Below the pieces are notes generated by a model. The model did no database searches and was not told the origin of the DNA. It saw nothing but the letters and a program-made list of their open reading frames with translations. Made by a program: the position numbers and the translations under genes. A stretch of 64,000 nt of DNA from an uncultured Verrucomicrobiae bacterium. GTDB taxonomy: Bacteria; Verrucomicrobiota; Verrucomicrobiia; Limisphaerales; Palsa-1400. The stretch is from positions 320,001-384,000 of the forward strand of contig OY969763.1 of the NCBI GenBank assembly GCA_963702845.1. Reading direction: 5' to 3'. Of this stretch, positions 31,247 to 40,028 are shown one piece after another. Every line of letters begins with the position of its first letter. Position 1 is the first letter of the stretch.

Positions 31247-31660
31247 ATGGCAAGACAGGATCGAGTGCAGTTCAGCTCTGAAGAAACGCCGGAATTTAAC
31301 AATCCGTTTGCGAATCTGCAGATTGATCGGTTGCCGCTGGGCGAACCCGATAAGCAACAACCATTGGAGCCATCAGAGCAATCGCGTGCGGAGGCTATCT
31401 TTTCGGCGGGTTTGAAACTCGGGCGCGTCGTGCTGCGGCGTGAAACGGCGCATCGCGGTGGAAAAGTGGTGGTTGTGATCGATCAATTCGCGCCGAACAT
31501 CAGCGCTAAACAAATCCAGGCGCTCGCCAAAAAGCTCCGTAGCGCGTGTGGATGTGGTGGGACGACCAAGGAGCGAAGCATTGAACTACAAGGGAATCAC
31601 GTGGAAAAAATCCGCCAATTGCTCGAGCAGGAAGGTTTTCGAGTCGCTGGGGTGAGGTAA
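31247..31660 (+). CDS. Translation initiation factor SUI1/YciH family
   Basis: RGGK.V..I, LAK.L...CGCGGT.K...IELQG. Confidence 0.85.
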   Translation: MARQDRVQFSSEETPEFNNPFANLQIDRLPLGEPDKQQPLEPSEQSRAEAIFSAGLKLGRVVLRRETAHRGGKVVVVIDQFAPNISAKQIQALAKKLRSACGCGGTTKERSIELQGNHVEKIRQLLEQEGFRVAGVR

Positions 31661-31712
31661 TCGCCTCTCGATTTAGTTAGAGCAGGGTCAGGTCTGCTGC
31701 TACGCTGTTCGG

Positions 31713-32468
31713 GTGCAGCAGTTGCTGAACATCATCCACGAAGACGCTGATCTATTGGTCGTTAATAAACCCTCCGATCTCGTCTGCCATCCGACCAAAG
31801 GTGATGAATATTCCAGTTTGATCTCTCGCGTGCGACTCTATCTTGGGCCGGACGTGTCGTGTCATTTGGTGAATCGGCTCGATCGCGAGACCAGCGGAGT
31901 GACTTTTCTGGCGAAGAGTTCTGCGGTGGCAGGCCAGCTTGGGAAACTTTGGGAAGCGCGCGCGGTGGAGAAAGAATATTTAGCGATCGTTCACGGAACT
32001 GTCTTGGATGAAACGGGAACCATTGAGCTGCCCTTAGGTAAGGACGAAAAGAGCATCATTTCGGTGAAGGATTGCGTTCGTCCCGACGGCACGACGGCGA
32101 AGACGCAATTTTTCGTTTTAAAACGGTTCACGCGCGAGATTTTTGGATTCGAAGGGATGCAGCCATTTACGTTGTTGCGAGTCGTTCCCAGAACAGGCCG
32201 CAAACATCAAATTCGGATTCATCTTCAGGCCATCGGACATCCGATCGTCGGCGATAAATTATATGGTGGCGATGAGGACCTGTATCTAGCGCTGGCGCAG
32301 CAGCGGCTGACCGATGAGCAACGCACGCGATTGATTTTGCCGAATCAGGCGTTGCACGCAGCGGCGATTCGACTGACCTGGCAAGGCGAAAATCGGGAGT
32401 TTACGGCTGCGCCGGAAGAGTTCTTCACGTCATTTGCCAACGACGGGGTCACCGCGATTCCCGGCTGA
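31713..32468 (+). CDS. RluA-family pseudouridine synthase
   Basis: VNKP, RLDRETSG, TGR.HQIR.HL..IGHPIVGD.LYG. Confidence 0.93.
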   Translation: MQQLLNIIHEDADLLVVNKPSDLVCHPTKGDEYSSLISRVRLYLGPDVSCHLVNRLDRETSGVTFLAKSSAVAGQLGKLWEARAVEKEYLAIVHGTVLDETGTIELPLGKDEKSIISVKDCVRPDGTTAKTQFFVLKRFTREIFGFEGMQPFTLLRVVPRTGRKHQIRIHLQAIGHPIVGDKLYGGDEDLYLALAQQRLTDEQRTRLILPNQALHAAAIRLTWQGENREFTAAPEEFFTSFANDGVTAIPG

Positions 32469-32526
32469 CAAACCCGCCGAAGCGCGTTACAACACGCGCA
32501 TCAAACACGATCAGTTCAAAATTCCG

Positions 32527-33669
32527 ATGCAGATGCAGGCGGTGGTTTATCGCGGCCGTGATGACTTGCGCGTTGAGACCGTCCCGGTTCCGAAGATCGA
32601 AGCCGGCGAGTTGCTGGTAAAAGTCGCGGTTTGCGGCGTTTGCCCAACCGATATCAAAAAAATCCATTACGGAACCGTGCCGCCACCAAGAATTTTCGGA
32701 CACGAAACATCCGGCACGATTGTGCAGATTGGGCGCGGGGTGACGAAGTTTCGCGTTGGTGACCGAGTCGGGCTGCACCATCACGTGCCGTGTTTGGATT
32801 GTCATTATTGCCGGCATCACGCGTTCGCGCAGTGTGCGGGATACAAGCGGACGGGAATAACGGCTGGTTTTGAACCGGCTGGTGGTGGTTACGCCGAGTA
32901 TGTGCGCGTCATGCCGTTTATTTTGCCTGGCGTCGTCAAAATTCCATCGCGGAACACATTTCTCGAGGGCGCGATGCTGGAGCCTGTGAATACCGTGCTC
33001 AAAGGAATCAAGCGCTTGAATATTTTGCCCGGTGACAACGTATGCGTGATGGGGCAGGGGCCAATCGGCCTGTTGTTTACAAAAATACTTTCCCTGCAAG
33101 GCATCAATGTCGTTGCCACTGATTTGATGACAACGCGGCTGAAGCTGGCTGAAAAATGGGGAGCGAAGAAGGCATTCAACGCCGCCGACCCGAATCTCGT
33201 CGCAACTGTCAATAAATGGCTAGGTCGAAAGTCGAAGGTCGACAGTCGAGGGCACGCCAAATCAGGCTTTCGACCCTCGACCCTCGACTCTCGACCTTTT
33301 CTCCCTTTATTTGACGCTGCCGTCGTCGCAGTTCCTGCCTCGTCGGCGGTTGACCAGGCGTTCCAGCTCGTCCGCGGCTCTGGTCAGGTGGTTCTCTTCG
33401 CCCATACCAAGCCGGGCGATCCCCACCCTATAGACCTGTCAAATGTGTGTTTGCACGAAAAAGATCTAATCGGTAGCTACTCGGCAGACTTTCTGCTACA
33501 AAAGGAAGTCGCAAGACTAGTATTTTCCGGTCAAATAGACATGGAAAAGCTGGTGACACATCGGTTCCCGCTCAGTGAGACCGCGGCGGCCGTGGGTTTG
33601 GCGTCAAAGCCAAGCCCTGAATCGTTGAAAATAGTTGTCAATCAGCTGGCGGGGTCGGTGAATAGCTGA
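32527..33669 (+). CDS. Zn-dependent alcohol/polyol dehydrogenase (MDR family) with a repeat-derived insertion
   Basis: CGVC.TD, GHE, C..C..C...C zinc motif, G.GPIG. Confidence 0.9.
   Translation: MQMQAVVYRGRDDLRVETVPVPKIEAGELLVKVAVCGVCPTDIKKIHYGTVPPPRIFGHETSGTIVQIGRGVTKFRVGDRVGLHHHVPCLDCHYCRHHAFAQCAGYKRTGITAGFEPAGGGYAEYVRVMPFILPGVVKIPSRNTFLEGAMLEPVNTVLKGIKRLNILPGDNVCVMGQGPIGLLFTKILSLQGINVVATDLMTTRLKLAEKWGAKKAFNAADPNLVATVNKWLGRKSKVDSRGHAKSGFRPSTLDSRPFLPLFDAAVVAVPASSAVDQAFQLVRGSGQVVLFAHTKPGDPHPIDLSNVCLHEKDLIGSYSADFLLQKEVARLVFSGQIDMEKLVTHRFPLSETAAAVGLASKPSPESLKIVVNQLAGSVNS
33223..33296. repeat. Inverted heptamer-array element within a CDS
   Basis: 4x RGTCGAV, 18-nt spacer, 4x YTCGACY. Confidence 0.85.
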
Positions 33670-33833
33670 CAACGAGGTAAGAAAAAAAGAGCTTTACTTG
33701 TCTTGCGGTAGATACGAATAATAAGAACACATTTATTGCAATGAACACGTCAAAAAAAAGGTTAAATAACCCGTTGACATGGCGGTTGCAATTTGAGACT
33801 CTTGATACCACACACGGTAACTAAAAACACCAT

Positions 33834-34472
33834 ATGAGAACAAAAACACTAATCCTATCGGCGCTACTCGGCGTGGCGGCACTTCCATCATTTGCCCAAA
33901 CCAACGTTTACTCTGTGAACGCAGTTGGTTATGTGCAGATATCCTTCCCTCAAGGCCAATATAAATTATTTGCCAATCCGCTGAACACCACCAATAACTC
34001 GATTGGTAGTTTGATCAAAAACGCTCCTGATTTTAGCAATCTTTATAAGTGGAATGGGACAGCTTACCAGACTGCTACTTATGCTAGCTTCCTCGGTGGT
34101 TGGGATCAGCCTGCGATCACGTTGAATCCTGGTGAAGGCGCCTTTTTCAACGCTAACGGTCCATTCACTAACACGTTTGTTGGTGAAGTGTTGCAGGGTT
34201 CCTTGAGCAACAGTGTTCCTGTTGGTTATTCAATTCGCTCGTCACAAGTCCCTCAAGCTGGTCCTGTGAGCGCAGTTTTGGGTTTGTCCAATCTGTCTGA
34301 CTTCGATAACCTGTATCAATACACTCCTGGAGTTGGCTACACCACCTACACCTATGCGTCATTTCTCGGCGGTTGGAACCCTTCTGAACCGAACCTCGCG
34401 GTTGGTGAAGCTGTGTTCTTGAACACTGCTGCTGGCGCTCAATGGAATCGTACTTTCTCAGTTAACAACTAA
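33834..34472 (+). CDS. Secreted hypothetical protein (VYSVNAVGY-type N-terminus, internal duplication)
   Basis: Signal peptide; two copies of DF.NLY...Y...TYASFLGGW...L..GE..F.N. Confidence 0.8.
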   Translation: MRTKTLILSALLGVAALPSFAQTNVYSVNAVGYVQISFPQGQYKLFANPLNTTNNSIGSLIKNAPDFSNLYKWNGTAYQTATYASFLGGWDQPAITLNPGEGAFFNANGPFTNTFVGEVLQGSLSNSVPVGYSIRSSQVPQAGPVSAVLGLSNLSDFDNLYQYTPGVGYTTYTYASFLGGWNPSEPNLAVGEAVFLNTAAGAQWNRTFSVNN

Positions 34473-34518
34473 GAGACACACTCAAACATTTCACCTCAAA
34501 CCTAAGACCTCAGTATAT

Positions 34519-35058
34519 ATGAAAAAACAATTAGCAATCATCCTGACCTTGGCCGCTGTTGCGGTAAGCGCAAACGCCCAAGGATTCTTCAACTTCGCCA
34601 ACGGTGCGTCTGGCGTAAATGCTCCGGTCAAAGAGACCGACAACACGACCCTGCTCTCCGGTGGTGGCGCCTACAAGGCAGACTACTACTTTGGTGCAGC
34701 CGGAGTTGTCGACCCGAACGCGCTTGTGTCAGGCGGACAGGCTGTTTCCTTTAGCGGTAACGGCATTTTCCTTGGCGGCACGCAGATCATTAGCGGTCAA
34801 ACCGGAACGGTGACGATGCAAGTGCGTGCATGGCGCGCCAGTGACGGTGCTTCCTACGCAATTGCGTCTGGAGTGAATGGCGCGCACGTTGGATCTGGCA
34901 ACCTGATTCAAGTTGCACTGGGAACGGGCGCTGCAACTGTCCCGAACATGGTCGGTCTGCAAGGTTTCAACCTTACTGTTGTTGGACCAGAGCCGGCGAC
35001 GATGGCCCTCGCTTTGATGGGTGCTGGTGCGCTTTTCATCCGCCGCCGCAAAGTATAA
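34519..35058 (+). CDS. PEP-CTERM protein, copy 1
   Basis: Signal peptide; C-terminal GPEP + TM helix + RRRK. Confidence 0.9.
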   Translation: MKKQLAIILTLAAVAVSANAQGFFNFANGASGVNAPVKETDNTTLLSGGGAYKADYYFGAAGVVDPNALVSGGQAVSFSGNGIFLGGTQIISGQTGTVTMQVRAWRASDGASYAIASGVNGAHVGSGNLIQVALGTGAATVPNMVGLQGFNLTVVGPEPATMALALMGAGALFIRRRKV

Positions 35059-35081
35059 TTAGTTAACGTGTGTTTGTTCTC

Positions 35082-35109
35082 AAGCCCCGCTTCGGCGGGG
35101 CTTTTTTTT
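35082..35109 (+). terminator. Intrinsic terminator
   Basis: AAGCCCCGC-TTCG-GCGGGGCTT then T-run. Confidence 0.92.
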
Positions 35110-35150
35110 GTACTTTACAGGGCTGTCCTAGGCCGTCAAAGTTCCCACCC

Positions 35151-35678
35151 ATGAAGGGCTATCTGGCATTGATGACGGCGATGACTCTGGTTTTGTCCAT
35201 GGAATCAAGAGGTCAAGGTTTCTTCAACTTCGCCAACGGCGCGTCTGGTGTTAATGCTCCTATCACGGAAGCGGGGACACCTCTCGCTGGTTCGGGCTAC
35301 AAGGCAGACTACTATTGGGGGCCAGCTGGAGTTATCGACCCAAATTCGCTTGTATCAGGTGGGCAGGCTGTTTCTTTTACGGCCAATGGCTATTTTTTTG
35401 GCGGCACGCAGACGATCAACAGTCAAACGGGCACTGTTACCCTGCAGGTTAGAGCTTGGCGCGCAAGCGACGGAGCTACTTGGGCAGCTGCAGCGGGAAC
35501 TATTGGTGCGCACGTCGGTCAGGGCAACCTGATTCAAGTTGCACTGGGAACGGGCGCAGCAACTGTCCCGAACATGGTTGGTCTTCAATCCTTCAACCTT
35601 TTAACACCGGAGCCCGCTACCATCGCGCTCGGTTTAATGGGTGCAGGTGCGCTTTTCATCCGCCGCCGCAAGGCATAA
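35151..35678 (+). CDS. PEP-CTERM protein, copy 2 (paralogue of copy 1)
   Basis: ATG 35151; mature part closely similar to copy 1; C-terminal TPEP + TM helix + RRRK. Confidence 0.88.
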   Translation: MKGYLALMTAMTLVLSMESRGQGFFNFANGASGVNAPITEAGTPLAGSGYKADYYWGPAGVIDPNSLVSGGQAVSFTANGYFFGGTQTINSQTGTVTLQVRAWRASDGATWAAAAGTIGAHVGQGNLIQVALGTGAATVPNMVGLQSFNLLTPEPATIALGLMGAGALFIRRRKA

Positions 35679-35702
35679 TTAAATTAACGTATGTTTGTTC
35701 TC

Positions 35703-35730
35703 AAGCCCCGCTTCGGCGGGGCTTTTTTTT
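35703..35730 (+). terminator. Intrinsic terminator (identical duplicate)
   Basis: Same hairpin and T-run as 35082-35109. Confidence 0.92.
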
Positions 35731-35915
35731 GTACATCTTAAGAGCCCAAAAGCTTTAAGTTGCCGAACTAAATCCGAACTGAGTCGCGCCTTTGCGTTGC
35801 CCTAGGGTGGCTTTAAACGCAGGCTACCCTCTAGAGACATTCAACTTTCGGTCCAACGCTCGTTGCGCCAGCGGAACTTTGGTGTCGAGTTGGTGTTAAA
35901 TCTGCTCGCAAACGT

Positions 35916-36863
35916 ATGATGATCGTGTATTTTATGGGGGTGCTGAGGAGACATCTATTCTGGTTACTGCTGGTGACCACGCTGGCGTACACAAGCATGT
36001 CTAGTTTCGGGATTGCTCAGGACCAACCCACTGGTTCAGTTGACACTACTGCTGATCAAACAGCACCTGTTGCTGATGATGCCAATCCATATTCTGCCAT
36101 CAGTAGAGCGAACGTGTTTCATCTGACGGAGCCACCGAAACCGGCGGAAAGACCCGATCAGTCGTTGATAAATTTGCCGAAGGTTAACATCTCCGGATTC
36201 GTTCGGCACGCCGACGAACCTGTTCGTGCTTTGTTTGCAACTGTTCCGAAAGACCCCAAGGAATCGCCCCGTTACTTCAATTTGGCCGAAGGTGAGAAGG
36301 AAGATATTCTGCAAGTAACAAAGATTTACCCGAACCAGGAAGCTGTTGACGTCATCATCGCCGGAACAGCCGTCACTCTCACGACAAAGAGCAATAGTTT
36401 TGTGCAGCCGCTTCCGCCGCCGCCGAAAGGTGGAGTTCCAGCAGCGGCAAATCCAGGCGTAGTAGCTTTTAATCCGCCGGCACAACCCGCACCTGCGCAG
36501 ACGCCGTATTCCGGTGGAGTCATTGTCGCAGGAGGTGGTGCAACGGCAGCTGCCGGTGGGAGCAGCGTGACCACAATTGGTTCGAATAACGGCAACCCCG
36601 GGTTTTCAGGTGGCACAACAGTTTCAGGTGGAGCAACATCATTTGGCGGAAGTCCGGGAATCGCGTCTGCGTCTGCCACCCAGGGCGGAAATTCTGCGTT
36701 TCATCCAATTCCCATGCGCGGTCAGCTAACTCCGAATTTTCCGCCGGATTACCATCCTCAATCCCCAGTGGAATCGGCCGCGATGATGGCAATCGACTCG
36801 CAACGCCATGAAGCCGAAATTCAAGCGGGCCGATATCCGCCACCGCCTCCGTTACCGCAATAG
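35916..36863 (+). CDS. Exported Pro/Gly-rich hypothetical protein (possible GspC/PilP-like domain)
   Basis: Signal/TM segment; N.F.L..P, then a short beta-rich domain (ISG..ALF..LAEGE....V..I) and a low-complexity tail. Confidence 0.6.
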   Translation: MMIVYFMGVLRRHLFWLLLVTTLAYTSMSSFGIAQDQPTGSVDTTADQTAPVADDANPYSAISRANVFHLTEPPKPAERPDQSLINLPKVNISGFVRHADEPVRALFATVPKDPKESPRYFNLAEGEKEDILQVTKIYPNQEAVDVIIAGTAVTLTTKSNSFVQPLPPPPKGGVPAAANPGVVAFNPPAQPAPAQTPYSGGVIVAGGGATAAAGGSSVTTIGSNNGNPGFSGGTTVSGGATSFGGSPGIASASATQGGNSAFHPIPMRGQLTPNFPPDYHPQSPVESAAMMAIDSQRHEAEIQAGRYPPPPPLPQ

Positions 36864-37103
36864 TAATGCGATAGCGATGCCAGCCATCGCCTGACTTGGC
36901 ATTTCAACCCCGCAGCGCAGGCCACCACTCCATCAAGTGGCTTGACGTATGCCGCTACTTCATTCTAACGTTATGCTGCTGCTCAATCGTAGCTTCAGGC
37001 CGAAACCTGAAAAGTTCTTTGAAAATTATTGAAAATGACATGGATTTGCGCCGGATAACGTTAAAGCGGGGCGCGCAACCCTAGAATCGGGCTGAGTCGA
37101 AAA

Positions 37104-37202
37104 TAGCAACTCAGTAGCAACTCGTTGCTACTTGTAGTTGTATGTAGCTATTAGTAGCAACATTCCGGATGACAAATCATCGCGGTGTTTGCGTTTAGCA
37201 AC
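37104..37202. repeat. Cluster of five TAGCAAC motifs, direct and inverted
   Basis: 37104, 37115, 37124 (inverted), 37155, 37196; palindrome AGTAGCAAC-TC-GTTGCTACT. Confidence 0.75.
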
Positions 37203-37259
37203 CTTTTCTCAATTGTTTGTTGAGACTTGTCAGGTTGTTGCGCAAAATACTCAGACCCT

Positions 37260-37976
37260 ATGGGCGCTCAATGGAAACAAGCTGGCCGTGAGGCCAATGC
37301 ACAGAAAAAAGGTCAGATGGTCGTCAAGTTGGTGCGCGAAATCATGGTCGCGGCCAAGCTCGGCGGACCTGATCCCGACATCAATCCACGGCTTGCCGCT
37401 GCCGTTGAAAAGGCGCGCAAGAGTTCTGTTTATCGCGACACGATCGAACGCGCCATCAAGAAGGGCGCGGGCCTCGACGACGAAAAAGTTATTTACGAGA
37501 CGGTGATTTATGAGGGGTTCGCACCGCACAAAGTGCCGGTGGTGGTGGAGTGTTTGACCGATAACCGGAATCGCACAGCGCCGGAGATTCGGAGTTTGTT
37601 CAAGGCGGGATCGCTTGGCCAACCCGGCAGTGTAGCATTCTTCTTCAATCACCTTGGAGTCGTCGAAGCATCGCATACGGATTCGAATCGCGATGCTGAG
37701 TCCGATGCAATCGAATCGGGCGCGCAGGAAGTCGAACCGTTCGACGAAGAAATTCCTGAGGGACACAAAGGCGCGCGCTTCTTGTGCGAAATTCGCGACC
37801 TGGATGGCGTTTCCAAAGCGCTAAAGGCTGCAGGCTGGAAAATTATCGCAGCGGAAATGCGTTACATCGCGAAGAACGCCGCTTCACTGAATGACAATCA
37901 ACGCAAAGAAGTGACGGATTTTCTCACGGCAATCGATGATCATGACGATGTTCATCGGGTTTACGCCGCGTTGTAA
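37260..37976 (+). CDS. yebC: YebC/PmpR family protein
   Basis: GGPDP..NPRL, IERAIKKG, YEG.AP, TDN.NRT, DDHDDV..VY. Confidence 0.93.
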   Translation: MGAQWKQAGREANAQKKGQMVVKLVREIMVAAKLGGPDPDINPRLAAAVEKARKSSVYRDTIERAIKKGAGLDDEKVIYETVIYEGFAPHKVPVVVECLTDNRNRTAPEIRSLFKAGSLGQPGSVAFFFNHLGVVEASHTDSNRDAESDAIESGAQEVEPFDEEIPEGHKGARFLCEIRDLDGVSKALKAAGWKIIAAEMRYIAKNAASLNDNQRKEVTDFLTAIDDHDDVHRVYAAL

Positions 37977-37993
37977 TTGGCGGCATAAACATC

Positions 37994-38344
37994 GTGAAAG
38001 GAAATAAACTTCTTCCACGATTTCGGGTGTTGCGCGGTGCTTCGATTGCGCTCGGGCCTGGCAAGGCCGAACTCCTGCAATTGCTTCTCGAAACCGAATC
38101 CCTCAACCAGGCGGCCAAGCGTCTGGACATGTCGTATATGCGCGCGTGGAAGTTGATCCAGACGATGAATAAATGTTTCCGGGAGCCGGTCGCTGTTTCG
38201 GAACGCGGTGGGAAAGCGGGCGGTGGGATGAAGCTTACGAAGACAGGACGGCGCGCCTTAGAGTTGTATCAATGCATCGAAGCTTCTGCTCTCAAATCCT
38301 CAGAGGGGTCGTGGAGGGATCTGCAAAAGCTTTTGCGCGATTAG
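37994..38344 (+). CDS. modE: Stand-alone ModE-type winged-HTH regulator (no TOBE domain)
   Basis: LGPGKA.LL..L....S...AA..L.MSY.RAW.LI..MN..F..P......GG..GGG..LT. Confidence 0.85.
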   Translation: MKGNKLLPRFRVLRGASIALGPGKAELLQLLLETESLNQAAKRLDMSYMRAWKLIQTMNKCFREPVAVSERGGKAGGGMKLTKTGRRALELYQCIEASALKSSEGSWRDLQKLLRD

Positions 38345-38345
38345 T

Positions 38346-38369
38346 CATTATATTTGACGGAATATAATG
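38346..38369. promoter_or_regulatory. ModE-box-like operator overlapping a promoter
   Basis: Perfect inverted repeat CATTATATT-N6-AATATAATG; contains TTGACG (38354-38359), with TAAGAT 18 nt downstream. Confidence 0.75.
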
Positions 38370-38391
38370 GGCTCTCCTAAGATATTGGCTC

Positions 38392-39123
38392 ATGGTAGCC
38401 AGCCTCCGAAAATTCAAGACGCGACAACTGTGTAATGCGCTTGCGCCCGCATTTACGCTGATCGAGCTGTTGGTGGTTATTGCGATCGTCGCCATCCTGG
38501 CCAGCTTGCTATTGCCTGCGCTTGCCAACGCCAAAGCGAAGGCGAGGTCAACTCAATGCCTGGATCAATTACATCAATGGGGCATCGCCATGCACATGTA
38601 TGCTAACGCCAACGACGATGCGATTCCGCGAAGAGGCCAAGGGGTCCGGCCTCTGGCGCAATTGGATCGTCCGGAGGATTGGTTCAACGCGCTTGCGCCG
38701 GAAGTAAGCCAGCAAGGTTTCGGCGACTTCATCAAGAACGCCGGATTAAACAGCAATTCGCCTCCGCCCATGTATGTCTGCCCGGAGGCACGACCAGCTC
38801 CTGGCCGATATTTTCTTACATACGCGATGAACATGTATTTGTCACCTTGGAACCTTCCGGAGCCGCATGAGACGAGCAAAGTTCCGACGCCGGCGAAGGT
38901 TGTATTTTTGCAAGATGGCGGTGTGGGTTATTGCTCCGCGTTTCCGGCCGTTGCGGAATACAGTCCGCAAGCGCGTCACCGTGAGCGAGCCAATATCGCT
39001 TTTGTTGATGGCCACGCGGAAAGCTGCAAAGGCGATGATGTCGGATGCAATACAGGCGTCATAAAACGTCCCGACGTGATCTGGCAATTCGATACAAATC
39101 TCACTGTGGGAAACAACCAATGA
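38392..39123 (+). CDS. Prepilin-type N-terminal cleavage/methylation protein with H-X9-DG motif (DUF1559-like)
   Basis: [26 protein letters not shown]-terminal [12 protein letters not shown]. Confidence 0.93.
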   Translation: MVASLRKFKTRQLCNALAPAFTLIELLVVIAIVAILASLLLPALANAKAKARSTQCLDQLHQWGIAMHMYANANDDAIPRRGQGVRPLAQLDRPEDWFNALAPEVSQQGFGDFIKNAGLNSNSPPPMYVCPEARPAPGRYFLTYAMNMYLSPWNLPEPHETSKVPTPAKVVFLQDGGVGYCSAFPAVAEYSPQARHRERANIAFVDGHAESCKGDDVGCNTGVIKRPDVIWQFDTNLTVGNNQ

Positions 39124-40028
39124 AAACTGTTCTTCTTTCAATTGCTCTATTTTCGGCATCGCTGGCGCATGGAGCAATGTTTACAAACGCCGTGTCTGTC
39201 GATTCGTTTGTGCGCGCGAGTGCCCCGACCTCAAATTATGGCGCCGCCGGCGCCAATTCGGTTTCTGGCGCAAGTGCCACGAACAACTTGGGTGCAGCAA
39301 ACGGCGCATTTGATTCGTTCATCCGGTTCAATACTTTTTCGATGGTGACGAACTTCAACGCGCTTTATGGCGCGAATGGTTGGGCAATCAACGGGGTGAC
39401 GTTACAGGTGAGCGAACAGGGTGCGCCGAACAATGCAATTTTCAATCGCGGCAAAGGCGCGTTCGAGATTCGATGGATTGCGAATGACAATTGGACGGAG
39501 GGGACGGGCAATCCAGCGACCCCAGGCACAACTGGAATTGTTTACACCAATGAGCCCGGACTGCTGAATGTCGCGAGCGATGTCAGCCTGAGAATTTACA
39601 CTAATGCCGAAGCCGACGTAGTCGAAACGTTTTCTCTGCCACTGGCGAATTCGATGGTAAGTGACATGCAAGCAGGGGGCGAGGTGGGGCTTTTCATGAC
39701 CGCAGTGGATGCGAATGTCGGTTTCACATTCAGTTCGCGCAGTTTTAGTCCAACGACCGGCCGCCCATTTCTGATCGTATCGGCTGTGCCGAAGCCCGGG
39801 ATTCAGAGCGTTGCTGCCTCGGGAAATGATTTGTTGTTATCCTGTGCAAACGGAGTGGCAGGTGGAACATATAAAGCGCTAATAAGTACAGATTTGACGC
39901 AACCGCTGAGCCAGTGGACTCCGGTAGCTACGAATGCAGTAGCGAGTGATGGCGCATTCAATTTGACGATTTCGAACGCACTTGCAAATCCGTCGGCACA
40001 ACATTTCTTCATCGTGCAGAAGCAGTGA
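39120..40028 (+). CDS. Secreted protein, DNRLRE-like domain plus verrucomicrobial C-terminal domain
   Basis: Signal peptide; DSFV....PTSNYG, SFIRF, W.EGTG, RP.L.V; C-terminal STDL..P.SQW...FF.V; ATGA overlap. Confidence 0.7.
   Translation: MKTVLLSIALFSASLAHGAMFTNAVSVDSFVRASAPTSNYGAAGANSVSGASATNNLGAANGAFDSFIRFNTFSMVTNFNALYGANGWAINGVTLQVSEQGAPNNAIFNRGKGAFEIRWIANDNWTEGTGNPATPGTTGIVYTNEPGLLNVASDVSLRIYTNAEADVVETFSLPLANSMVSDMQAGGEVGLFMTAVDANVGFTFSSRSFSPTTGRPFLIVSAVPKPGIQSVAASGNDLLLSCANGVAGGTYKALISTDLTQPLSQWTPVATNAVASDGAFNLTISNALANPSAQHFFIVQKQ

Noticed and set aside
33774..33800. Sigma54 promoter (TGGC..TTGC) before the PEP-CTERM cluster
   Set aside because: GG to GC spacing is far too short for a -24/-12 promoter
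37104..37202. CRISPR array
   Set aside because: Repeats are only 7-9 nt, irregularly spaced, and no cas genes are present
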